The notes under the pieces were generated by a model. It was given only the letters and a program-made list of their open reading frames with translations. It searched no databases and had not been told where the DNA came from. This document shows positions 1 through 14,264 of a DNA stretch of 64,000 nucleotides, one piece after another (the first letter of the stretch is position 1; every line of letters begins with the position of its first letter). The position numbers were made by a program, and so were the translations under genes. The stretch lies in NCBI RefSeq assembly GCF_009914755.1, contig NC_060939.1; one strand, written 5' to 3'. Origin of the DNA: the human T2T-CHM13v2.0 reference genome, Homo sapiens.

Positions 1-236
1 GTGGGGAGAGGGTTCTTCACCTGGCTGTGCCCCATGGATGGACAGCTAGGACTATACTCTGGGCACTGCCCTATAGCTCAAGAAACATCGTTTACCCAGA
101 GGAGGCAGAGACATCCCAACTGGTTTTGGGAAACAAATATGAGAGGCTCAGATCATATAAATGAAAGCTTGTTAGGCACCAAGGGAAAGTGGGCAGAACG
201 GCCCCTCCACCTTACAGATCAATAAATCTGACTAAA

Positions 237-463
<227 letters not shown>

Positions 464-2938
464 TTAAAATAAAATTTAAAAATAAAAATGTACTGAAACA
501 TTATGATAGTATGAGCTCATGTTGCTAGAAAGTGCGTGTGTGTCTGTGTGTCTGTGTTGAAAAAATACAGAACATGTTCTAAAATATTACTAGTGGTTAG
601 GTCTGAGTAGTGTTAATTGTGGAGATTTGGGGGATTTTGTGTGTTTTTCTGTTTTCCAAATTTTCTTTGAGTATCTTGTCTTTTATAATGAGAAAAAATT
701 CTCCATAAAAAATAAATAAACATATTTTAAGAACAAACCTTCTCCTCGGTCTCTGGCACCCATAACCTTCAGGCTGAATTAGCGTGTGCTGAGTGGTCAG
801 AGTCCAGGGCTGGAAAGCAGGGTTTGGGTTTTATCTGTGGTCAGCCTAAGACTAGTGAAGGCTCTCCTTATCCCCGAGGGTCTTCAGAGCCCAGGCTCCT
901 GGGAGTAACAAGACCTTGGAGAGCTAAAGAGGACAAGCCTTCCCCAAGAGCAAGCATCAGCCCTCGGGTGCACCCTGCAAAGGATGCAGGCCTATGGCCA
1001 GAGCCCACTGGCAGGTGAGGAGCTGGTCTCCAAATCACCAGCCTGTCCTCCCTGTGATCTCCTAGTTACTGTCCTTTCCAAGGCTAGTTTGTTCATTTCT
1101 TTTGCTTTGGTGAATTACCTGGTAAATTCCTAACACATGTTTTTTTCTTCTTTAAGTTATAGCCCCAGTCGGTTTCTGCTGCTTTCAACCAAAGAACCAT
1201 CTGTTTCACCATTCAAACAGATTGGAGAACAAGAGAGATGAAGGAAGAAAGGAAGCCAGCTTTTAGTGCAGGTCTACTATGTACAGGCGTTGGGCTAGGT
1301 ACCCCCATACATTCTCTCAACTTATTCTGATAACAGCATTTCAAGGTAGGTTTCGTTAGGCCCAGTCTAACAGAGGAGGAAACTGAGGCTTAATGGAGTG
1401 AAGTCACTTGTCTATCGCATATGGAGTTGGTGAGAGAACCAGGTCCTAAGAGAACCAAAATTGTCTCATCACAAAGTTCACGCTCTCCCCAATGTCTGAG
1501 GCACCTTCCTTTGGCACTTTGCTGATTTTTTAGTTGACAAAAGAGAAGCATTAAAGAGCATTCTATTTTTTCACTCTGGAAGTCGGAAGAGCAGACTCAG
1601 ACCTGGCCCTGGGCACAATTGTGAGGCAGACGGGTCTCAGGAACCTTTTCTGTGCCTTGTGTTCCCTTCCCACCCACCTCCGGGCACTTCCTGGATACAT
1701 GTCCTTCTTTGCTTGCCCCACGGAAGCTTGCTCTTGGGAAAGAGTCTTCCTGAATCATTCCCATCCTACTCCCTGTGATGGAGAAGGCTTAAAATGTTTT
1801 TATGTTCAGGGAAGCATCAAAGAGAAAAATTTCTAGCTCTGGGATTGCAGGAGTCAGGAAGCAGGGCAGGGCCGTGAAGAGGACAGTTGTACCCTGAAGT
1901 CATAGTTCACAGACCTCCTCATGGTGGTCGGCCCTGAGGGGTCAGGGCAAGATGCCCTGAGCAGAGGAGTGAATCAGGAGGTGTGAGACCTGAGCCTGTG
2001 AGGAGTGGCCTGTGCTCTGCCTGAGGCCAGGAAAGGCCAGGGCAGGGTGGCTGGCAGGGCTGGCCTCACACCATCCAGGGACAGCCAGGGATCCAGTATC
2101 CTGGGTTTTTTTGCCCTGGGTTGGCCCCCTCTGACAGTTACTCTCCCCTAGGGCTACTACATGTCCTTTTGGGGAGATCCCCGGGAGTGAGGAAAGGGCA
2201 GACAGGGCCAGAGCCCCTAGGCCTCCAGAAGGCAGTCCGGCATGCAGAGAATTCCCACCAGGACCGGGGGGTTGGCAGGGCCATCATAACAACTGCTACC
2301 CACTACTGAGTGTGGGTTGCACGCCAGGTTCACTCAGCACTTTCCCAGCATTTGCTGTGAGTCCTCAGAAGCGGATGCGCCTCCAGTTTCCCAGTCATCA
2401 GGACCAGGATTGTGGGAGGCAGCTCCACCATCTTCCCACTGCCCAGGGCTGCCCCAGAGCCAGTGGGGATGACAGCGTGGGGAGAATATGACTGTTGTCT
2501 GAGAGGGATGGGGTTTGATTGTGCTTCCCTTCACTTTTTACTCAAGAAAACAAGACAGAGTAATTTGGCTCTGAACAAACAATTCCCACTTGCTAGGTGC
2601 AGGCCAAAACGCCTAAGTTTGAAACCTAGAAGAAGCCTTGAGGTTATCATTCTAGAGCTAGAGAAACCAAGGCCCACAGGTGAAAGGACCGCCTTGACTT
2701 GCTGAACCAGGACTTAAACACGGGTGTCTCCACCCCCAGCAGGTTGCAATTTCCACTCCAGGAGTTGGAGGGTCTGTTATCTCAAAGGTGTCAGGTTGTA
2801 GGCGACAAGAGCCCTGCATGGCTCCTGCTGTGCCCTCCTCTTCCTGACTACATTCCCACTCAGAACAGGTTGCCCCAGGACCACAGGAAATATCTCGATT
2901 GTCTCTGGATTGCCACTTTTCTTTATTTTCAAAAAGAC

Positions 2939-3208
2939 TTTTTTTTTTTTTTTTTTTTGGAGACAAGCTCTGGTCATTTACCCAGGCCAGAGTGCAGTGC
3001 TGTGATCATGGCTCACTGCAGCCTTGACCTCCTGGGCTCAAGTGATCCTCCTGCCTCAGCCTCCACCTGGCTGATTTTTCTATTTTTTGTAGAGATGGGG
3101 GGTCTTGCTTTGTTGCTCAGGCTGGTCTTGAACTCCTGGCCTTAAGCAATCCTCCTGCTTTGGTCTACCCGAAGTGTTGGGATTACAGGGGTGAGCCACC
3201 ACACCAGC
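2939..3208 (-). mobile_element. AluJ-type element with internal deletion
   Basis: Poly-T then reverse Alu with cagccttgacctcctgggctcaagtgatcctcc. Confidence 0.85.
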
Positions 3209-3828
3209 CAAAGACTCTTTGCTTCCAGAAAGAAATAAGAAATAACCTTCTCATTGCATTTCATTGAGAGATGCAGAATAGACCACCTCCTGCAAGCTGC
3301 TCCATTTTAACTTTTGTCAAGGCAGATAAATCCTTTAATTGTTTCAGATCTATTGAATTGAGTCTTCCCTTGCTGGCTGACTAAAGCAAGGGCTGAAGGA
3401 TACAGGCCCCAAATTTGCTGAGCCTCTACACTGAGCACTCTACAATGGTTTGTAGAGTGGCAATGATAAGGAAGCCCACTTTGTAGGCCTGTTGGGGGAT
3501 TAACCGAGATAACGTAAGGCAAAAGGCTTAGAACACAGTATGGATTTAATAAACATTTACTATTATTCTTCTAATCCCAGCCAGGCCACAAGCGAGGATA
3601 TATCATCCTAATCTCATTGAAGTCTGAGTTCATTAACTTTTTTATTGTAGTAAAATATAGATAACATAAAATTTACCATTTTAATCATTTTTATGGTCGT
3701 GGGAAGCGCTGCCTCTCCACTCTCACCAGCGTCAGGTCCTAGGACCTCTCCAGCCCCTGAGTTGGGTTTCTGGATTTTTCTCGATGGTCTGAATTTACAG
3801 TTTTCTTAACATGATGCCCATGGCTTGA

Positions 3829-4350
<522 letters not shown>

Positions 4351-4359
4351 CCTGCTCCC

Positions 4360-4700
4360 TCTTTTTAACAGAGTTATTGAAACATAATTCACACACCACA
4401 CAATTCACCCATTTAAAGTGAATGATTCAATAGGTTTTAGTATATTCAACGATATGTGTAACCATCATCGTAGTCAATTTTAGAACATTTTTGTAGCCAT
4501 AAAGAGAAACCCCACACCCTTTAGCTATCACTCGCCCATCCCCAGGTCCCCTAGTCCCAAAGTCAACACTGATCTACTTTCTGTCTCTATAGATTTCCCC
4601 ATCCTGGACATTTCATATAAATGGAATCATATACATGGTCTTTTGTGTCTGGCCTTTTTCACGTAGCATTCTATTTTCAAGGTCCATCTGTGCTATGGGA
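4360..4700 (-). mobile_element. L1M 3'-end fragment
   Basis: caattcacccatttaaagtg...ctggacatttcatataaatggaatcata, typical of reverse L1MB/MC 3' UTR. Confidence 0.8.
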
Positions 4701-6369
4701 ATCTATGCTTGTGAATGTGTCTTTCAATTGAAACAAGGCCATGTAAGCCACAGCAGTTTTCCAAAGGACATGTCCCCCTTTCTTCTCTCTTTTTGACTCC
4801 TGCTCTCCACTTCCGTCCTTTGGAGGACTTCCTCTTCTTCCAGCCAGGCTTCTGTTAACCCTTCTGCCAACACTTCCTCTGAGGGCCAGGCCCAGGGCTG
4901 GAGGCCTGGGAAAGCTGCCCCCAGCTCCTCTTCCAGTGCTGGGGCTAGGCCTGGGGAATTCTGCTTTGAAGTTGGTTTCAACATGGGGAAGTGAGTGGAT
5001 AGGGCCTCTAGTCCTGCTCTGAGCTCAGCCCTTGTCATTCAGAAAGCCACAAGGCCTGGGACAGGCCCCTGAAGTCCTTCCTCCTGACCCTACCCCTGAC
5101 CACACGATGCCTCGAGGGATGCAGATGCTCCGAGGAGCCCCAACCAACATGTGCAGGCCCACACGTACATGCACAGAACCCAGGACTAATGCCAACAATG
5201 GAGACCCTTCTCAGTCTGCTTAAAACTCTGAAATCTTATATTTATAGAATACTATCTTTATTTGATTATGTTTTGTTTTAGATTTTAACTTGCAACGTTT
5301 GTTTATCCAGGGCTTTTTTTCTGTCTCTCTTTCTCAAAGATGGCCAATGTTGGTTGGCCATTAGTCAAGTACTGTGCCCATGCTGGGCAAACTAGGCTCC
5401 TTTGTCATGCTGTGTGGGGAGAATGGGTGTGGAGCTGGCACTTTCCCTATTCCTGCCCAGCCTCAGCCTGGCCCTGGGGACATCTGCCCAGCAGGCCTAT
5501 GTGGCTGGATCACATGGGTCCCACTACAGTTCACTGCCCTCCAGTCCATGATGAGGTCAATTGCTCAGATTGTCCCCAGGGCTGACTGAGTGGAAAGGTG
5601 ACTCCTGACAGGGCAGGCCTCCAGGGTTAGTCTCTATGAGATATGAGTCCCCACTTGCCCCAGAACATCAGCCTCATTGAGAGCTGCTGCAAATGGCCAT
5701 CTTCCTTTAGGGCTAAGCATCATCCCCTCCCTGCAGGGCCTCACGAGGATGAAGGCGCTGCAAGAGGACTCTTGGATGGAAGTGACTTGTTGGGAGAGCC
5801 CATGAGCTCTCCAGAAAGGACTCCCAGCCTGCAGAAATGTTCTTTCTGTACACATATGACACATGCACTTATACTCACCACCTCTCCTGTGGACACACCT
5901 CCACAGTGTGCCCCTGTGAATCCCAACCCACACTTTAATCCACCTTCTGCCACCATCTCCACATCAGTGGTCTAGAGCTGGCGGCAATGGAGAAAAACAC
6001 ACCCACTGTACAGAGAAGATGCCTGAAGTGGAGGGACAAGAGACCTGCCCAAGGTTACATGGATGTATGCAGAGCCAGAGTGGGTGCTCAGGCAGCTGTG
6101 GTGTGGTGGAAGCACATCACCTGATCTCCTCTCCCCAGCTGTGTGACCTGGGGCAGGTCACTTAACTTCTCTGAGCCTAGAGTCTGCATCTGTGAGACGA
6201 TAACACCCACTTCAGAGGGCTTCCGTGAGGATCCAGGGAGTCATGTGATACAAGCACCTCCTTACAAGCTATAAAGATGGTGAGAGCTAGTGGACAGTCA
6301 GAATTCTGGCCTTTTCCCTTCTTTTGAAAGTTCAGCTGCAAGTTGTATTGGGATATAGGTTGCACATAC

Positions 6370-7065
6370 TTTTTTTTTTCCTGTTATATCTTTTAACATT
6401 TCATGGTATTGTTTATATACAGAAGTTTGTGATTTGAATGTTGTTAAATTTATTCATCTTTTCCTTTAAGGTTTTTTGTTTTTGTGTCTTGCCAAAGGTT
6501 ATAAGTGAGGAACATTAAAAAAAAAAAAAGACAAATTCCCCAGACAAATCACAGAAAATAGAAAAAGATCTTGAAAATATTTTTAAAAACTCACATAATA
6601 AGAGGAATGCTAAGATGCCATTTCACATTATCAGATTAACGGAAGTTGTAAAGTTTGCTAACACACTGTGTTGGTGAAACTGATGAGGAACAAGCACTCT
6701 TGTTCTTTGCTGGTAGATGTATACACTTGTAGAACTCTGATCAAGAGCAATTTGGCTGTATTTGTAAAAATTAAAAACACACATACCATTTGATCTATAA
6801 GACCACATCTAGGAATTTATCCTCAGATATTACAGATGTATGAAATGACATATGCACAAGGTTATTCATTATAGCATTGTTTATAACAGCAAAGGAAACA
6901 ACCATCATTAGGGAACTGGTTAAAATATGTTTCATCCATGCAATGAACCACTATACATTTGTAACAAAGAATAAGGAAGCTTTTCTGAACTGATATGGAA
7001 AAAATATCTCTATACCCTTAAGTGAAAAAAGCAAAGTGCAGGACAGTGTGTATAATAAGCAATTG
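6370..7065. mobile_element. Old L1 fragments (L1ME-like) left of the CFAP53-like retrocopy
   Basis: ataccatttgatc...ctaggaatttatcct...gcattgtttataacagcaaa L1 3' motifs; L1-like sequence resumes after ~8075. Confidence 0.7.
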
Positions 7066-7070
7066 TCTTA

Positions 7071-7481
7071 CCCCGTGAGGCGCACTGTGGCAACCAGACC
7101 TCTGGGTTGTGGAATCAGGTCCTACAGGTCACCGTGGTTGGGGGACAGTGGCAGTTGCTGCCCCCATCTCAAGAAGGCTTGAGCAGCCGGCAGTTTGGCA
7201 TCATTCTACAGCAGGAGGTTAAGGGCCCCCCTCCCAGAGTGGCGATCATTAAAGCCAAGGCTCCCAAAGGTCAAGCTGCAGAGCAACACCTGGAAAGAAT
7301 CTGCCACAGCCTTCAGAAGCATCATGCTATGTTGACTTCTATATAGTCAGATAAGCAGGATCACTTGAAAGCTGAATGGGATCAGCCTAATGACCAAAGG
7401 TATTGAGACAGCCTTGTGCAAGCAAAAATTAAGAATGCCATGCAAGCGTTTATCATTAACACTGAAGGACAAAACACATGA
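7071..7481 (+). pseudogene. Processed pseudogene fragment of CFAP53/CCDC11 (5' UTR-like leader + first ~100 codons)
   Basis: 7179-7478 translates LSSRQFGIILQQEVKGPPPRVAIIKAKAPKGQAAEQHLERICHSLQKHHAMLTSI*SDKQDHLKAEWDQPNDQRY*DSLVQAKIKNAMQAFIINTEG. This aligns collinearly with recalled CFAP53 MYSQRFGTVQREVKGPTPKVVIVRSKPPKGQGAEHHLERIRRSHQKHNAILASIKSSERDRLKAEWDQHNDCKILDSLVRARIKDAVQGFIINIEE. ATG>TTG, stops at 7344 and 7404, no intron. Confidence 0.85.
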
Positions 7482-7752
7482 GGCACACAAACCTGGCGCC
7501 TCAGACTGTGAAACATTCCTAAAACCATAATTGGAGATTGCCTAATCAAAAATCAAGTGAATTTGTCAAGTAAGGGTTATGGCTAGGATATTCATATTCC
7601 TACCAAATCAATAGCTATTGCTTGTTAATATTTTTTGTTTTATCTATGTTTTGATGGAAAGCAAATGAATATATTGTTCATATTTTGTTACTTTGGTTAA
7701 AATCTATTTTGCTTCTTTTGTTGAATATAAAATTGACCCTTGAACAATAAGG

Positions 7753-8071
7753 ATTTTTTGTTTTGTTTTGTTTTGTTTTTTTTAAAGACAGGGTTTTGCT
7801 TTGTTGCCCAGGCTGCAGTGCAATGGCGTGATCTCAGCTCACTGCAGCCTCCCCTTCCTGGCCTCCTGGGTTCAAGCGATTCTCATGCCTCAGCCTCCCA
7901 AATAGCTGGGACTACAGGTGTGCACCACCACACTAGCTAATTTTTGCATTTTTAGTAGGACAGAGTTTCACTGTGTTGGCCAGGCTGGTCTCGAACTCTT
8001 GACCTCATGTGACCTACCTGCCTCAGCCTCCCAAACCGCTGGGTTTACAGGTATGAGCCGCGGCACCTAGG
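7753..8071 (-). mobile_element. Alu (S/J)
   Basis: Full reverse dimer with (TTTTG)n tail. Confidence 0.9.
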
Positions 8072-8319
8072 CTTATATACCTTTTTATACTTTAAATTTT
8101 TTGAGCCATGTGAATATTTTACCAATGCAGAAAATTAACACCATTTTAAAATAATAACAGTTTCCCAGAATCCAATCCAAAATATCAAACCAGACACTCT
8201 GGGCCCATATATTTTTTTAAAAGTTTCCTAGGAATCTCTCAGGGGAATCCTGGCCTGTCATGGAAGATCGCTAAGAACCTACTGAGCCTTAGATCCAGCA
8301 GTCAAGGTCCCAGCCCTTG

Positions 8320-8338
8320 CAGCGCCACCTGGTGGCCT
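8320..8338 (-). promoter_or_regulatory. CTCF motif AGGCCACCAGGTGGCGCTG
   Basis: Full match to the core consensus CCASYAGRKGGCRS with an intact CpG. Confidence 0.75.
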
Positions 8339-8522
8339 TAGTTACCAAGCATCCCTCAGAAAAATGTGTGTGGATGGCCAGTGAATGCAGACCAGGACAA
8401 AGAGTAACATGGCACTGTGTCCACAGGCTGGGTGGGGCTGGCCCCAGCGGACCCAACATCGACCTCCAGGACTGGCTGTGTCGGTCCTGAGGGAAACGAG
8501 GCAGAGGGCCTAAAGTTCTACA

Positions 8523-8626
8523 GCCTCTGTCCCAAGGAGCCACCCAGAGGCAGCCTGCAAGAGCACATACCTTGGGCCTCTGTCCCAAGGAGCCACCCAG
8601 AGGCAGCCTGCAAGAGCACATACCTT
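8523..8626 (+). repeat. Tandem duplication, 53-bp period, 2 copies
   Basis: gcctctgtcccaaggagccacccagaggcagcctgcaagagcacatacctt is identical at 8523 and 8576. Confidence 0.97.
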
Positions 8627-11600
8627 TGGACCTGAGTTCAAACCCCGGCTCCACCAACTACTAGCCTCGTTATCTCATGCAGCATAACTTCTCAGGTCCT
8701 CTGTTTTCTCATCTGCAAAATGGAGACAAGTATAAGTCTGTAGACACATCTAGTATAATGCCTATGCTCAATAGGAACTTGATTAATGCTCATTCTCTTC
8801 CCTTTTGTTACTTCTAGATAGCTTTACTCCCTGGCCCTAAAGAGCCTAGCTGGGCTCATGGGAGCTTCCTGTGGCCTGGGAGGGTTCAAGCATTGGAGAG
8901 ACTGAGGAAGAAGAAATCCATATGCTTCTTGTCTTTCTAAACCCTCTCCCTCCTCCTTGCCCCTTCTTTAGCTAGCAAGGAATACATTTCAGGCCTGGCT
9001 GAGGTGGGGAGGCAGTTCAGGAAGTGGCTGCAGTTCCCACAAGCAGAGTCAGATGGGGTTCCAGTCCTGTGCTATAGGCCTGGGTGCTCCATCAATCAAT
9101 CGAGTCTTTTGGCCTGGGAGCAAGGCCCAGTCCCTGCCCTCCCTCGGGGAGTGCATTATACTCAGGGAGAGCCGAATAGAACACAAATCACAGTGAATGT
9201 GCAGGGGACTAAGGGGACTCAGAGGCACTGATGAAGTTACTAAATTGACCATCTGCTCTTTCAGGTTGTGACACTATTTCTAGAAGCTCCTGATAAAAAT
9301 GCAACTAGGAGTCCATGAATCCCTCACCCTTTAGTTCAGACTAGCATCTCTGCTTCCCTCCTAGGTCTTCTGGAAGATGGCAGAACCCAAGAGAGATGAG
9401 ACATTATAAAAACGTAGACAAGACATTGAAACATTTTTGTTCGAAGCTGTAGAAAGGAATGTTCAGACGACAGAGCAGAGCACTCCTAGAAGGGGTGACT
9501 GCTAGGTTCCAGACCCCCTGGCAGTGGGAAGACACCAGCCTGGCCAGAAGAGAGCCTCCCAAAGGGAAACTGGGGGATACTGAGATCACCTGGGTCACAA
9601 TTCTGCTCTTTGTACCCATGTCAGCAGAGGACCTCCAAGAAGTCAGATGCTGGGAGAACAGAGTCCTAACCTTAGGCATTACCCGATTCACAGGTGAGGA
9701 AACTGAGGACCAGCAAGGGGAGGTGCTTGCCTCAGTCCCATGTGAGTTAATGGATGACCCTGACCTGGACTTCAGGTCTCCCGAGCCCTATTGCATGGTG
9801 CAAAGCACTCAGTCTTTGGAGCCAGGTAGAACTGAATTTGAACCCAAAGTCCCCTGCTACTTTGCTAGCCATTTAGTTTTAGAAAAGTCATCTACCTCTC
9901 TGAGCCTTGGTTTCCTGCCTTTGTAAAACAGACCAGAGCTCTTGCTCAGGAGTGTTGTCAGGACTAAAGATAATATGTGCAAGCCACCCGGCACATGGTA
10001 AGTGGGGATGCTACGATTATTGCTTCTCCTACGCAAACCACACCAGCCACAGACAGGCAGGAAGAGGGCTGGCTGCTGCAGCTCTCAGGCACAGCAGCTT
10101 TGCACTTGGTGGTGGTCATGGTAGGGGCATGGGGTTCTGGTTGAAGGAGTCAGATGTGTGGAAAGTAGAATGTGCCTTGTGGCTGGGTAGTGAGGCTTCT
10201 TCACTAACTCCAGAGTTGCAGAGTATGCAGGCCGTGGGAGCCACACACCCAGCCCATGGCATGCAGAAGCAAGAGGCATGACCCCTTATTCATATGAAGG
10301 GCCCTACCGATCACATGCTTTGCAGTCGCCAGAGTGGTTGCCAGGGGCAGAACCACTATAGGGGATCTTCCTTCCTCTTTTGCTCCAGGCTCCTCACTTA
10401 CATGTCTATTTTTACCCTGTACTGTATGCTGTCAATAAGAAGCATGGTTGTTACAGCAGCAACCACATTCCGAGTGCAACGGAACGGGAACTTCACATGC
10501 ATCAGCTCATTCCATTTCACCCTCACAGAAGCCCTGCGGGAGCATACTGTCATTCCCATTTTACAAGAGGGAGAACTGAGGCTCAGTTCGTTGCTAACAG
10601 TTACCCAGCCAAGAAGGTGCCAGAACTGGGATTCAGACCCTGAGGTCCAGTCTAACTCCAAAGCCAGGGTTTCCATGCAGCACCCCCCTGCCCAGGTATG
10701 ATGCTTCTTTCCAGGGAAGGGAGGTTGATAGAGGCAGGGCCTACAGGTTATCATTATTATTGTTGTTGTTTTAAAGATGGGTGTCTTGCTCTGCTGCCCA
10801 GGCTAAGTGCAGTGGCATGATCATAGCTCACTGCAGCCTCAAACTCCTGGGCTCAAGCAATCCTCCTGCCTGCGGGTTTTGAAGGCTGTAGCAGGACCAA
10901 CTCCTGGGCAGGTGTGTTGGGAGTAGGGAGCCTCATTTGAGCCCCAGAAAGTTTGCTCACGAGGCAGTTCTGAAAAAGTAGAGAGCACCACAGCAGAAGC
11001 AGAGGAAGAGAATTGAAGGAGACATGAGGTTCACCTCCCAGCAGCTGTTCCCCTTCTCTTAGCAATGACCAGTTCTCCTCCTTCCAGTTTCGGGGAAGCT
11101 AACTCCACCCTAGGCACTAAGGCCTTGGGTCTCAGGCCTAAACAAATCACCCTCATCCATCCCTCAGCCTCCGTGACTGGTCCATGGATAGGGCGTGTGG
11201 ATCAACAAGACACGGGGAGGGGCTCACTGGGGTCTTCAGAAAGCAGCTGCCCCACTTTTCTGAGCAAGCTTCCATAGGCAGGCTTGCTGTCTGGTGTTTA
11301 ACAGCTCAGTGAACATGGTGAAGTCACTCTCCCCACCATCCCCTGTATGTGTTGAAGGCAGCTGGGGTGATAAATAAAAAGGCTCCTGTTTTAAAAACCT
11401 CCACCTGTAGGAAAGGTGGGAGGCTGCAGTGCCCTGAAATCACCCCACAGAGGCCAGAGCCTGGCTGAGTCACCACAGCCTCTCCTCTGATTCCTGGCCC
11501 AGAGGAGCCACCCGGGCGCCCAGGCCGGGACCCTGGGTATTTTCAGCTTCCAGCAGCATCAGCAGGGTCAGAGAGGCCTCAGCCATATTGTATTTCATGT

Positions 11601-11896
11601 GACCGAGGCGCCTGGCCAGCGACATGGCCATGGAGAGCCAGCCTTGTATTCTTGTCACTGGCCTGGGCTCCACCTCCCTTTCTGCTCTGGTCTCCAGAGC
11701 CTGGACACAGCAGAGGCATGTGGGAAGGGCTCCTGCCAGGCACAGCAGGCACCAGAAACGGGTGACAAGAGGGACAGGCAACTTTAGCCACTACAAAGTC
11801 CTCGAGGATGGGCTTCAGCGTTGTTGGGAACTCCACCGTTCACCCATTCCCTTCATAAACAACCTGAGCAGTACGTCTTCCTGGGCAGTGTTAGGG

Positions 11897-12010
11897 CAGG
11901 GTAGCTGACTATCCCAGTTTGCCCTGGACTCTCCTGGTTTTAGCACTGAAAGTCCCATGTCCCATGAAACCTCTCAGGTCCCAGGCAAGCTGGGACAGTT
12001 GGTTACTGTA
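11897..12010 (+). mobile_element. MER81-like hAT MITE
   Basis: tcccagtttgccctggact...ggttttagcactgaaagtccc...gggacagttggt with decayed terminal inverted repeats. Confidence 0.75.
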
Positions 12011-12144
12011 GTTGGGAGCGTTGTTAGTGATATCTCCTCCCATGCTCGGGTCCATCTTCCAGCTGTGATTGCTTTTTGAGGATGCAGCAGCACCTGCGGC
12101 CTCTTCCAGGCTCCCCCCACCTCCCCTCTCTCCCTCAGCTCTCG

Positions 12145-12315
12145 GGTTGTTTTTCTAAAGCAGCACATCAGAATCACCTGGAGGGCCTATTAAAGTACCC
12201 TCAGAGTTTCTGATCTAGGAGGTCTGGGAGGCAGCTGGAGAATTTGCATTTCTAAGTTCCCAGGTGACCCTAATGCTGCTGGCCAGGGACCACACTTTGA
12301 GAACCCCTGATCTTA
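12145..12315. mobile_element. MER5A hAT-Charlie MITE
   Basis: catcagaatcacctggagg...gaatttgcatttcta...gggaccacactttgagaac. Confidence 0.8.
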
Positions 12316-14264
12316 GCCACAGCTCTGATAGTCTCACGAAACCTCTCAACCCTCCCCATAGCTTGCTGAATAAAGGCCTAAGCCTGGGTTGAAGCCCCTC
12401 TTTATCTAGCCCCCTTCCCCACCGCAGCAGGCCCCACCCCAACAGGGTGCCCCGCGTCCCCAGGGGATACCTTGCTCTCTCCTACCTCTGTGTCTTTGCT
12501 CAAGCTGTTCCTGGCCTGGACTCTGCAGCCCCCTCCACCCATGTGAATCCTCTTATCTGTGAAGCGCACTCAAAGGCTACTTCCTCTGGAGGCCTGCCTG
12601 GGCCCCCATCCCTCGGAACACAGGACTCCTTCCTCAGCTCCCAGCTTAGCGCCTATTTCATCCTTGTCACTGCACTGTGGATTCCTTGAGGACATGAACT
12701 ATCTTTTCCCATCTTTGTCTATATATTTGCTAAATAGATATGACCCCAGAAGACAGAACCAGGACAATGGATGGATCTGCGGGGAGGCAAACTTGAGCTT
12801 AACCTGAGAAAGAACTTGTAACAACCTGAACAGTTTGACACCAGCCCTTAAGGGTCCTGCCAAGAGATCCTGAGCTCCCTGTCGCCCCTGGGCATCTTCA
12901 GTGGTGTTGGACGAGCATCTACAAAGTCTCTGAAACCCCTGCTTAGACCAAGTACTGACTACCTCAATGTCCCTCCTGGGGCCCTCTCTCCCCAGGAGAA
13001 CCTGACACCCCCCCATCAAACCCGCTGCCCAGCATGCCAGACCCACAAGGCCCCACAGGCTGGCTGGACCTTACTGGAGACCAGTGGTCACAGCAAGTGT
13101 GACATTTTGTCAGTGGCCTTCACTGTCTGAATACAAGGAGTGACCAGTGGTGACACCCTCCTGCTCCAGGCCAGCCTCCCTGCCTTCCTCTGATCACCGC
13201 CTCCCCAGAAGGACCAACCCCACCTCGATGTACTCACATCGCCTTTCCTTACCTCATCCATACCTCACGTGGCCAGGGGAAGCAGCTCATCTATGGGCAA
13301 GCTGAATATCCACAGGTGCGCTCCCAGCTCGGGCTCCTTAGGAACAGGAATATCCTCCTGCAGAATATTCTCCAGTGCCTTCCCCATGCTGGGTGCATGT
13401 AAATGCTCAGATGTTCATTTCCTGATGTGCGTTTCCCATCGATGTCCTGCTGGAACCCTTCCCTCACACGTGGTGCTCTCCCAGGTGTGCTCCAGCGGGC
13501 AAATGCCCTCCTCACCCCTCCCCATCTGATATTAGGAAAGAACCTGTGAAACCCATTCCAACCAAGAAGCCTGGGACTGAGGCTTTCTGCCCCTGCCATA
13601 CCTGGGGAAACGTTACTGTTTAAATCCGATAAGCGTGAAAGCCTCGCTTGATTGCATGGCAGCTAAGCATACTATGTGTAGTGGTGTTTATTTGCTGATT
13701 GGTTGATTTGGAGAGGAAGGAGAAGGATTTTCCAGAGTCTAGACTCTTATGGCTTTGTGGGGCTTTCCAGGGTCAGCATCGATTGTGAAAGTTTGGTGAG
13801 CTTGGCAGTTTGTATCATTTAAGAAAATCTGCCCGGGCTTCCTCCCCCACCAGGAAGTGTCCCATCAGTTCCAAAGCCCTCAGCTTAGTTATTGGAAAGG
13901 CCTGAGAAAGCCACGACCCAGCAGACCCAGCTGGGGAACACCTGGGTCTCAGTTCACCTTCTGCCAACCTCTAGGTCTTACGAGCATTCCTGTTTCCTCT
14001 CCTTCCCTGGGCTACTTGAGGTCATGACCTTCTGAAAGAATGCAGGGTCAGCCAGCCTGGCTGAAATTTCCCCTCCGTGGGTGTGAAAGGCGATATGTCC
14101 AACTGTGAACACACAGGGCCCACATCCTTATGACTCAGCAGATGCGGCTGTCCTCAACCACATCACCCAGAATGTCACTCTGACCTGCCTCAGAGGTCTG
14201 ACAGCAGAATAGATTCTGCAAAGCCTGGGCCCAGGAGGCGCTTTCTCCATGAGTCCTTTTGGAC

